IMG/VR virus record: IMGVR_UViG_3300025852_000005 | Location: 1-49,400 of that record | Strand: one strand, 5' to 3' | Length of the DNA stretch: 49,400 nucleotides | DNA from: a virus | Lineage: Duplodnaviria; Caudoviricetes | Made by a program: the position numbers and the translations under genes | Shown here: piece by piece, positions 42,864 to 49,400 of the stretch | How positions within the stretch are numbered: the first letter of the stretch is position 1 | Layout of the letters: each line of letters begins with the position of its first letter | Notes under the pieces: generated by a model | Told to the model about the DNA's origin: nothing | Database searches by the model: none | The model's input: only the letters and a program-made list of their open reading frames with translations

Positions 42864-43225
42864 CCCGCCTTACGAATCGTCACGGTGAATCCCTCGCGGC
42901 GCGTGCGCTCCACCATCGTGACGCGGCCCTCGGCGTGCAGGCGGCGCAGACGCTTGATGAGTGTGGTCTTGGATGACAGACCCAGTGAGGCGAGGAGCAG
43001 GTTGGGCGTGTTGCGCCCGTGTTCGATGAAGAACAGCAGTTCTTCGTCGGTGTAGGTCTGCGGGCGTCCGGGGTTCTTGGCCTCGCGCGGCGCACAGGTG
43101 TTACAGGTCATGGCATTGCGTCCTTTCGGTCGGGTGTAGCAGACAGGGCAGATAGTGTCGGTGCCTAGAACCACCGCGCCGGAACGCGCGTAGCGGCGTA
43201 TCTCGTCAGGGTCGGTGGTGAGCAT
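42860..43225 (-). CDS. Zinc-finger plus winged-HTH DNA-binding protein
   Basis: CPVC...CNTC, GRP..YTDEELL, LA.LGLSSKTT..KRL..L..EG.V. Confidence 0.65.
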   Translation of the reverse strand: MLTTDPDEIRRYARSGAVVLGTDTICPVCYTRPKGRNAMTCNTCAPREAKNPGRPQTYTDEELLFFIEHGRNTPNLLLASLGLSSKTTLIKRLRRLHAEGRVTMVERTRREGFTVTIRKAG

Positions 43226-43341
43226 CACAGGAAGATGGCACACGCGGCGAGACCGATACCCAATCCTTGAACAACAGGCTGGTCAACAAGGATAGCGATG
43301 TTCATACCGATGATGAACACGATGAGTCTGAAGATGGTCAT
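43225..43341 (-). CDS. 38-aa membrane peptide
   Basis: AAGGA RBS; fully hydrophobic; TGATG coupling. Confidence 0.5.
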   Translation of the reverse strand: MTIFRLIVFIIGMNIAILVDQPVVQGLGIGLAACAIFL

Positions 43342-43352
43342 GTCGTTCCTTT

Positions 43353-43748
43353 CTAATAGTAGTGGTGAGTGTTCCAGAAAGCAAGTGCTCTGGTCGGTGT
43401 GCGGTAGTGGTGAGACGAGTACCGGATGTAGCGGATCGCTCTGCGTGTGTTCCATGTCGGATGATACCACGGAGGGCCTATGCACATCGAACGTTTGAGT
43501 TGGAAAGTGCCGAGGAACCTGCCGTGATTGCTGCTCGTCGCGTGCCAGTTCGATTCCCTGCGGGCCAACTCGACGAGTGCTGCCGTCTGGATAGGGCCGT
43601 ACCCTTCGTGATGTGCCTCGGCCCGGATCATCGACCGAACCGTGGCTTGCGTCAGGTGTGACGCTTGGTGATATGTGAGGGTGAGGGCTTGTGAAGGTAT
43701 GAGTATCAACGTGAGGGTTAGGGTTGCAAGGATCAGTCGGGTTCGCAT
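43353..43748 (-). CDS. Secreted lytic transglycosylase (SLT/Rpf-like lysozyme fold)
   Basis: Signal peptide; L..L..RESNW......G.F.G.FQ...P..N.R..IRYI...Y.TP..A.AFW..H.YY. Confidence 0.8.
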   Translation of the reverse strand: MRTRLILATLTLTLILIPSQALTLTYHQASHLTQATVRSMIRAEAHHEGYGPIQTAALVELARRESNWHATSSNHGRFLGTFQLKRSMCIGPPWYHPTWNTRRAIRYIRYSSHHYRTPTRALAFWNTHHYY

Positions 43749-43827
43749 ATGTCTCCGATGTTCGGGGGCCGGGTCACGAGCCGTTCGTAGGCGGCTCTCG
43801 CCACCTGCTCCCGCGTCAGTTCGCTAC

Positions 43828-43959
43828 TCATGGCGATATGTCCCTTCCATCTACGAACCGCTTGCCCTCGTGCCATCCTATTGACAACCAGAACCCGACG
43901 AATACAGGGGCGGCGAAGAACGCAATCGCCGCTAGGAGTGCAAGTATCCATTCGCTCAC
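43828..43959 (-). CDS. 43-aa membrane peptide (absent from the ORF track)
   Basis: Translated by hand: MSEWILALLAAIAFFAAPVFVGFWLSIGWHEG...; GTGA and ATGA couplings. Confidence 0.45.
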   Translation of the reverse strand: MSEWILALLAAIAFFAAPVFVGFWLSIGWHEGKRFVDGRDISP

Positions 43960-44324
43960 GACGCACCGCCCTTCTCGATGATGGCGCGGAGGGCGTTGAT
44001 AGCTGGCTCCCAGTCCAAGTGGTCGCCGTATGTCGCAAGTTCCATTCGCGTAGCGGCAGCCAGTAAGGTGTCGTAGGCGTGCCTAGCCACCGCTTCCTCC
44101 GCCTCGCAGATAGCCAGCCGATGCGTCTGCTCGCCAGCGAAGGTGCGCTCGGCTCGGACGTACTCAACCGAGACGCTTCCTGCGCCGAACTCGTAGGGTT
44201 CGCAATACCCCTGACTGTCGTACTCGGGGCACTCCGCGCACGACAATCCCGCACCGTTCGCTATGCAGATGTCCCTATACGATTCCACCTTCGCCAACTC
44301 TTCGTCACTCATGCGGTCACTCAT
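43956..44324 (-). CDS. Hypothetical protein with Cys cluster
   Basis: AAGGAGG RBS; C..CPEYD..GYC. Confidence 0.65.
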   Translation of the reverse strand: MSDRMSDEELAKVESYRDICIANGAGLSCAECPEYDSQGYCEPYEFGAGSVSVEYVRAERTFAGEQTHRLAICEAEEAVARHAYDTLLAAATRMELATYGDHLDWEPAINALRAIIEKGGAS

Positions 44325-44622
44325 CGTCGGCCTCCTTCGGGGTGAGCGCGGCGAGGCACGCCTTGCTGCTGTTCAGGTCGCAGGCGTCTTGGAGCGAGGT
44401 CTGCAACCGCTCACGCAGCGCGGCCACCTCTGCGCGGGACTCGGTAAGATCGTTGCACACAAGGCCATAGCACACCCGCAAATCAGCAAGGGCGACTTCG
44501 AGGTCTAACATGTACCCCCGCGCGTACTGCTCTTGCCCGTCGAACACCCGGTAGAGGTCATTGCAGTCGCACGGACAGGGGCATGTAATCCATTCCGTGT
44601 TGTTACGCTTGGTGTCGGTCAC
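44317..44622 (-). CDS. Coiled-coil hypothetical protein
   Basis: GGGGAG RBS before GTG 44622; CPCPCDC. Confidence 0.6.
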   Translation of the reverse strand: MTDTKRNNTEWITCPCPCDCNDLYRVFDGQEQYARGYMLDLEVALADLRVCYGLVCNDLTESRAEVAALRERLQTSLQDACDLNSSKACLAALTPKEADDE

Positions 44623-44750
44623 TTCTGGCACTCCCCGTCTTCGTCGCCATTCGGACAATCCGAGCAGTCGCCCGTGCATATGTCCTCATTGTTGGGTGTG
44701 TCGAGGTCATAGTCGTCGTCCATGCCGTGCTGCTCTAGGTACTCGTCCAT
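44619..44750 (-). CDS. 43-aa highly acidic Cys-containing peptide (absent from the ORF track)
   Basis: Translated by hand: MDEYLEQHGMDDDYDLDTPNNEDICTGDCSDCPNGDEDGECQK; GTGA overlap with the next gene. Confidence 0.5.
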   Translation of the reverse strand: MDEYLEQHGMDDDYDLDTPNNEDICTGDCSDCPNGDEDGECQK

Positions 44751-44760
44751 GTTCACGATA

Positions 44761-44970
44761 TCATCCCTTCTTCACGTACAGACGACACCGCAACCACTGA
44801 TTCGCGTAGTGGTCTACCGGGGAGCAGCCTGCTGTGTCGGCACCCTCGGACGTGCAGACCGCAGCGTACTCGGCCAGCGTCCACTTCTTGACGATCCGCT
44901 CCCACAGCCGAGGCTTGCGCCCGTACAGGCACAGCCGACAATCGTTGTGCTTCACCGCGTAGTCCTTCAC
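44761..44970 (-). CDS. Small Cys-rich hypothetical protein
   Basis: GGAGGAG RBS before GTG 44970; CRLC...C...C...C. Confidence 0.55.
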   Translation of the reverse strand: MKDYAVKHNDCRLCLYGRKPRLWERIVKKWTLAEYAAVCTSEGADTAGCSPVDHYANQWLRCRLYVKKG

Positions 44971-44974
44971 GCTG

Positions 44975-45274
44975 TCACTCTCCTCCGTAGGGTAGTTTCT
45001 TGGCCGCATAGTCGGCCCGACGCCATGCGTTGTCGCCGGTGAACCGCTGTGCCTTGTGCCACTTGGCCGTATCCTGCTCCCACAACACCATGCCACGCGG
45101 ACCGATGTAGACACGGACGCCGAGCGGGACGGCATGGATGCCGAGCGGGGTGAGGATGGCCAAGTGTGCGAGACCGGAGACCGCGTTCACCGTCCCTTGC
45201 AAGATGATAGGGATGCGGCACTCGCGTGCGTGCTTCTCGGTCGCGGCTGTCGTGAAGATGTCATACAGTGGCAT
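44975..45274 (-). CDS. Hypothetical protein
   Basis: GAGG RBS; first gene after the promoter at 45322-45350. Confidence 0.65.
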   Translation of the reverse strand: MPLYDIFTTAATEKHARECRIPIILQGTVNAVSGLAHLAILTPLGIHAVPLGVRVYIGPRGMVLWEQDTAKWHKAQRFTGDNAWRRADYAAKKLPYGGE

Positions 45275-45321
45275 CGTCCTCTACTCCTCTCGTCCGGCGT
45301 TTGTCTTTCACTCACGACTAC

Positions 45322-45350
45322 ACACTATCATGCTTGTGCGCTAATGTCAA
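45322..45350 (-). promoter_or_regulatory. Leftward promoter
   Basis: TTGACA(45350-45)-17-TAGTGT with TGn extension; same TGATAGTGT as the 39190 promoter. Confidence 0.7.
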
Positions 45351-45359
45351 TAGGCAGTT

Positions 45360-45851
45360 TCACAGGTCTTTTGTCAGCACGATCAGACCGCCACGCATGG
45401 CAATATGTACCTGCCCGAGCCGCAGCACTTTGCGCTGATAGTTGAATGCGTTGTGTGCCGCGCGTGTCTGGTCGCCATAGTCCACGGTTAGCGACAGATT
45501 CTCGTTCAGGTCACTGACAAAATCCTCCAGCGTCGTGACGACGCTGCGGCGCAATGCCGCGCGGTCGTAGGGGTGCTGCCGCAGGAACACCCGCGCGCCA
45601 CGCAGCACCACGTCCACCGGCGCACCCATCTTCAATCGTGCAGACCGTAGACCGCTACATATGGTCTGTGGGGGCGCGGTGTCGGTGTCGTAGATGACCT
45701 CCACAATCGCTCCGTTGTCACCCGCCATGAATGCGCGGATCAGGCTTTGATACCCGCTGTGCGGCGTCTTGTCCGTGTGGATACGCCACTCGTCCCACTC
45801 GGGCGTGTAGTCTCCTGCTACCGGGATACGGTCGATCGGTTCTATCCGCAT
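45360..45851 (-). CDS. Hypothetical protein with two copies of a small alpha/beta domain
   Basis: MRI..IDRIP...F......V.V..RG..V.L occurs twice. Confidence 0.7.
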   Translation of the reverse strand: MRIEPIDRIPVAGDYTPEWDEWRIHTDKTPHSGYQSLIRAFMAGDNGAIVEVIYDTDTAPPQTICSGLRSARLKMGAPVDVVLRGARVFLRQHPYDRAALRRSVVTTLEDFVSDLNENLSLTVDYGDQTRAAHNAFNYQRKVLRLGQVHIAMRGGLIVLTKDL

Positions 45852-46312
45852 CAGTCCCTCGCTTCTCTGAATGCCAGCACCTTGTTGTGCTCTTTGGTGA
45901 ATAGCCGCTCGAAGTGATCACGGCTCGTTTTGAGCACATCTATCTCACCGAGCAATGTCACCTTTTCTGTGCTCAGACGATACACCTTCTCGGTCAGGTC
46001 GGCAAACTCCTTGTCGAGTGCGTCGGCAGTCGTCGGGGCGAAGTGAAGCAACATACTGTTCGTGATGTATCCCGCTCCGGGTTTGGCCAGATAGACATGC
46101 TCTCCTCGTCGCATCACGCTGATCTGTCGAAACGCTTTGTTGGTCTTGCACTGGTAGCGCAGGGCCGCGCACATGACGCGCGCGGTACGCTGTCCTGTAT
46201 CATCTACGAGTTCTGCGACGTGTTCTGGCATATCGACGAATGAGTGCAACGTGTCGGGATATGCCGTCTCGGGGGTGGCGCGGGGTATGCCGTCAAGCGT
46301 GTTCAGACGCAT
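45851..46312 (-). CDS. Hypothetical protein: the same domain plus a coiled coil
   Basis: MRL..LD.IP...L.SFV......ISV.RRG..VYL.K. Confidence 0.7.
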   Translation of the reverse strand: MRLNTLDGIPRATPETAYPDTLHSFVDMPEHVAELVDDTGQRTARVMCAALRYQCKTNKAFRQISVMRRGEHVYLAKPGAGYITNSMLLHFAPTTADALDKEFADLTEKVYRLSTEKVTLLGEIDVLKTSRDHFERLFTKEHNKVLAFREARD

Positions 46313-46329
46313 TTTTCACCGTTTCTCGA

Positions 46330-46610
46330 ATATCGGTCGTTTTGACCGGCTGGTACCATTGTACCATAGGGGAAAGAGAAATGCAACGAAAACGCTAAAC
46401 ATTTTACATCGCTGCCAGTGGCATTTTCTTCTGACCTGCGGAAACTAGTTTTGTTTCTCTAATGTATAATGTTGTAGCAAAGTTTCTCTATAGGAAGAAA
46501 AACAAAGTAAAACACTAACAGTCATTAGAGAAACTTCCTGCACAACATTTTACATTCTGGAAAAAGGGCCTCTGACCTGCGATAAGCGTTTTACATTCTT
46601 GCCAGTGGGC
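46330..46610. other. AT-rich repeat-laden intergenic region, candidate replication origin
   Basis: AACATTTTACAT x2, TCTGACCTGCG x2, TGCCAGTGG x2, and a perfect inverted pair GTTTCTCTAATG(46453)/CATTAGAGAAAC(46523). Confidence 0.45.
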
Positions 46611-46658
46611 TGAAATACGAGGAATCGACGCAAAAGCGAGGTTTCGAGGTCCAAGGTC

Positions 46659-46687
46659 TTGCAACGCGAGTGCCACTATGGTACAAT
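46659..46687 (+). promoter_or_regulatory. terS promoter, probably giving a leaderless transcript
   Basis: TTGCAA-17-TACAAT with TGn extension; ATG 46695 lies 7 nt downstream with no SD sequence. Confidence 0.65.
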
Positions 46688-46694
46688 CGCGTGT

Positions 46695-47405
46695 ATGGGC
46701 AGACATGGACCAAACGACAAGGTAGAGCCGAACCCGCTGGCCGCGTCAGGCTCGCGGGCAAGAGTGCTGGCCGATCTAGCAAGGTACATGGCCTCACCGG
46801 ATGCTCCGATGGTAAGTGACGGATTCGCGCGTACACTGAAAGAGACACGGAACATGAACGTGTCGGTCAATAAGATGTACGAGGACGACGGATACAAGTT
46901 GAACGTGATTCAATACCTCGCGTCGCGTGGCGCGGGCAGACCGTTCCCAAGGACGCCGCTGGAACTTATTGACAGTCTTCAGGATTTCTTCACGTTCTGC
47001 GGACTTCACAAGGTACCTCCGACAATCAGTTGCTTCTCTGTGTGGAACGGTGTAAGTGTGCCATACGTGAATCAGATAGAGCAAGACAAGAGCGATCCGA
47101 GGTCTTCGATAATCTCCGCGTGCAAGGAAGCGATACGCGGTTTTCTGGAACTTTCTGCCATGGATGGTAGCCTAAATTTTACCATATATCTTCACCAGAA
47201 CAAAGTGTACTATGGCGCGGTAGAGAATCAGAGCGTTACGTTCAAGGTAGAAGACAACACCTCCGACCTAACACCGGACGAATACAAAGAGCGTGTACTC
47301 ATGTTGCAAAGTGATGAATACGAGGTTACTGATGTAGATCCGGAATCAGTGTGCGAGCAAGTAGAGCACGATGATAGAGACTGCGATGCTAGCGCCGAAC
47401 GCTAG
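46695..47405 (+). CDS. terS: Putative terminase small subunit (P22 gp3-like DNA-packaging protein)
   Basis: GRP...TP.EL...L.DFF..C.....PTI......GVS......E......I...K..I...LE.......N....Y..K.YYG pattern. Confidence 0.65.
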   Translation: MGRHGPNDKVEPNPLAASGSRARVLADLARYMASPDAPMVSDGFARTLKETRNMNVSVNKMYEDDGYKLNVIQYLASRGAGRPFPRTPLELIDSLQDFFTFCGLHKVPPTISCFSVWNGVSVPYVNQIEQDKSDPRSSIISACKEAIRGFLELSAMDGSLNFTIYLHQNKVYYGAVENQSVTFKVEDNTSDLTPDEYKERVLMLQSDEYEVTDVDPESVCEQVEHDDRDCDASAER

Positions 47406-47639
47406 CGCCTCCCGTGTATCCTGCCGACGCGCACCGTAACGCTCCTTCCTCGATAGTGGCTGCGAGGCCACAGAATGCTCTGTGCGGCCCGTTGCGCCTG
47501 TGAAGGTGTACCGGGTCGAATCATTGTATGGGGCGCTTCTGTGAGACACTGAATGCACCGAGCAGTCCTCGAACATGGCACACGTGAGACCTATGCAAGA
47601 ACCTTGGACGTGTTCGCAGTAGTGCATCACAACCCCCAT
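47346..47639 (-). CDS. Hypothetical Cys-rich protein with C-terminal TM segment
   Basis: End of the leftward small-gene operon; overlaps the terS 3' end on the opposite strand. Confidence 0.45.
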   Translation of the reverse strand: MGVVMHYCEHVQGSCIGLTCAMFEDCSVHSVSHRSAPYNDSTRYTFTGATGRTEHSVASQPLSRKERYGARRQDTREALAFGASIAVSIIVLYLLAH

Positions 47640-47767
47640 TCGTAGTGTAGCAACGCGAGGTCGTCGGCCGTGAGCGGTTCTACCTCACGTGTCGAGTAAT
47701 ACCCGCACTCTGGACAATCCTCGAACGCGTCGAGTGTCGCGCCACACTCTGGGCAAGTGTCTAGCAT
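47627..47767 (-). CDS. Small zinc-ribbon protein
   Basis: MLDTCPECG....DCPECGY; GAAGGGA RBS. Confidence 0.55.
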   Translation of the reverse strand: MLDTCPECGATLDAFEDCPECGYYSTREVEPLTADDLALLHYEWGL

Positions 47768-47967
47768 GATACTATCCCTTCCGGCTCGTCGGTCGGCCCG
47801 TCGGGGTAGGTATCGTCCACAACGACGCGAGCGTATCCAAAGGATTCTAGACACTTGCATCCGAGTCGGTGTGCGTCCGCCCATGTTGGTGCATTGACGC
47901 GCACGCGACAGCCGGAGTGTATCACGTCGTCCGCAACGCCTGTGAGATAGCGTGTGAAGGCGTACAT
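47761..47967 (-). CDS. Hypothetical protein
   Basis: TGATG coupling at 47967. Confidence 0.5.
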   Translation of the reverse strand: MYAFTRYLTGVADDVIHSGCRVRVNAPTWADAHRLGCKCLESFGYARVVVDDTYPDGPTDEPEGIVSC

Positions 47968-48350
47968 CAGTGCACCGCGATTGCAACGCCACGCGCATTG
48001 TCCCATACGCTGATTTCGTCGTGAATGGCACCGATAGCGCGTGCCACGCCGAGGAAAGGCGTGTAGACCACTACGTCAATCCATACGATGGACGTTGCAG
48101 GGTCGATCCACGTACCCACAAGCGAACCCTCGCGAGGCCATACGCGCTCGAACCATGACACGTCTGCATCCTGAACGTAGGTATGCGCCACGCCACGGAT
48201 GGCCACAGTGTACCCGTCCGAAAAGACCACAGGCTGAAAGGTCTTTCTATCAAACGTGCCGCCATGATTGATGGAGGTATCCACGTACACTTCACCGATG
48301 TTGCGCTTCTTCGGAGCAGTCGCACCGTCTGATACGGGATGATCGAACAT
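47967..48350 (-). CDS. Conserved-looking phage early protein
   Basis: GG.T....GY.VA......G.W.D......DV......A..IG......WD pattern; AAGGA RBS. Confidence 0.65.
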   Translation of the reverse strand: MFDHPVSDGATAPKKRNIGEVYVDTSINHGGTFDRKTFQPVVFSDGYTVAIRGVAHTYVQDADVSWFERVWPREGSLVGTWIDPATSIVWIDVVVYTPFLGVARAIGAIHDEISVWDNARGVAIAVH

Positions 48351-48443
48351 GGTACACGTCCTTCCTGTTGCGCGAGTGCCGCGTCGCGGTACTCTTGTCT
48401 TTCCACTAGACCTCCACCTAGTGGAAAGCCGAGAGTGTCGAGA

Positions 48444-48731
48444 CTAGCCTGCTATCGGGTAGATGATACACGCATCGTAGTACGTCCCTCCCATTCCAAA
48501 TTGATCGCGTATCATGTTCTGAAGTCGTGAGGTCGTGACGCTGTAGTAACGATGATCGAAGTACGTTAGCGCGTCTCCATCCGAATCGAAGTCACAGTGC
48601 AGAATCAACGTCCCATACGAGTAGACGAGATACGCGCCCGAATCGTATCGTATCGCATGGCAGGAACCATGCTCGAACGACTCACGATAGTAGAGCGCGT
48701 CCCTGACTTGCGCATAGTTGACGGTGGCCAT
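48444..48731 (-). CDS. Conserved-looking phage early protein
   Basis: Y.VYSY.T.I.......YYS.TTSR.QN.I pattern; AAGGAG RBS. Confidence 0.7.
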   Translation of the reverse strand: MATVNYAQVRDALYYRESFEHGSCHAIRYDSGAYLVYSYGTLILHCDFDSDGDALTYFDHRYYSVTTSRLQNMIRDQFGMGGTYYDACIIYPIAG

Positions 48732-48736
48732 GATAG

Positions 48737-48997
48737 TTACTCCTTTCCGCAGTCACTGAATGTAGCGAGCACGTAATCCACGACGCCGTTATCGAGTCCG
48801 TGCGTGAAGATGTTGCCGAACGTGGACGGCCTGCCGCATATCTCGGACTTGGTAACGGTAATGCGAACGTTGCTTCCGTCCGGTAGGCGAACCGTGATTG
48901 TGTCATTGACTGCCGGACCTTCGGCACTCTCGAATGCACCGTGCTCCAGCCGGATGCGGGCATCCGTCGTGCTCTTCAGTGTGCGTGTCGTGGTCAT
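48737..48997 (-). CDS. Hypothetical protein, first gene of the small-gene operon
   Basis: AAGGGAG RBS. Confidence 0.65.
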   Translation of the reverse strand: MTTTRTLKSTTDARIRLEHGAFESAEGPAVNDTITVRLPDGSNVRITVTKSEICGRPSTFGNIFTHGLDNGVVDYVLATFSDCGKE

Positions 48998-49012
48998 TGC
49001 GCATCTCCCTTA

Positions 49013-49028
49013 TCGAACGTTTGTTCGT
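49013..49028. promoter_or_regulatory. Putative Gram-positive LexA (SOS) box
   Basis: TCGAAC-GTTT-GTTCGT matches CGAAC-N4-GTTCG and lies directly upstream of the RBS of the 48997 gene. Confidence 0.55.
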
Positions 49029-49058
49029 ATAACTCACTATCTATGTTCGGGCTTCGAT

Positions 49059-49145
49059 GTGTAGAACGTGTGGATTTGTTGTGTAGAACGTGTGGATTAG
49101 TCGTGTAGATTCTCGATCTATTCTGCACATAATCATGTGTAGATT
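49059..49145. repeat. Phased direct repeats (operator- or iteron-like)
   Basis: GTGTAGAACGTGTGGATT at 49059 and 49081; GTGTAGA again at 49103 (22-bp period) and 49137. Confidence 0.7.
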
Positions 49146-49273
49146 TGGCAACATCATGCCTAGACTGCCCATGTTGGCACGCGTATTGTAGACTTTAGAA
49201 TAGACGCACTAGTACAGTCGTGCCATTGTTCGATCTCCCTGCCTGTATGGGCACTACGTGCGCTCACAGGGGT

Positions 49274-49400
<127 letters not shown>

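Noticed and set aside
48071-48406. 111-aa ORF with a GGAGG RBS overlapping the 47967 gene
   Set aside because: It overlaps a more protein-like ORF in another frame for most of its length, so it was not called. A short translated product cannot be excluded.
49059-49100. DnaA boxes
   Set aside because: Matches to TTATCCACA are imperfect (TAATCCACA, AAATCCACA) and are part of a longer phage-specific repeat.

Overview
The window is a complete, circularly assembled genome of about 49.27 kb from a tailed dsDNA phage of siphovirus type. Bases 1-127 are repeated exactly at 49274-49400, which is an assembly overlap. The host is probably a high-GC Gram-positive bacterium (Actinomycetota), inferred from TANNNT promoters, apparently leaderless genes, the holin type, a DUF1906 endolysin and a Gram-positive LexA box. 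The + strand (4.7-29.4 kb) carries two glycosyltransferases, a holin, large adhesin-like repeat proteins, TerL, a metallophosphoesterase, portal, scaffold, capsid, neck, tail, tape measure and tail-tip genes. The - strand (29.5-46.3 kb) carries the endolysin, VRR-NUC, an SSB-like protein, a YqaJ exonuclease, a family-B DNA polymerase, an NrS-1-like primase/SF3 helicase, a SNF2 helicase, an SLT transglycosylase and many small ORFs. A TerS-like gene lies far from TerL. I found no integrase, repressor, tRNA, CRISPR array or reverse transcriptase. The most notable observations are: (1) the polymerase reads in frame into an ERF-like annealing protein that keeps its own RBS and ATG; (2) a densely structured ~330-nt ncRNA candidate bounded by a promoter and a terminator; (3) a probable virion-glycosylation cassette; (4) a telomere-like (GGGCAT)14 array; (5) a LexA box in front of the small-gene operon; (6) a tail hub split by an FN3 domain plus a 7-bladed propeller. 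All family calls come from motif recognition by eye, not database searches.
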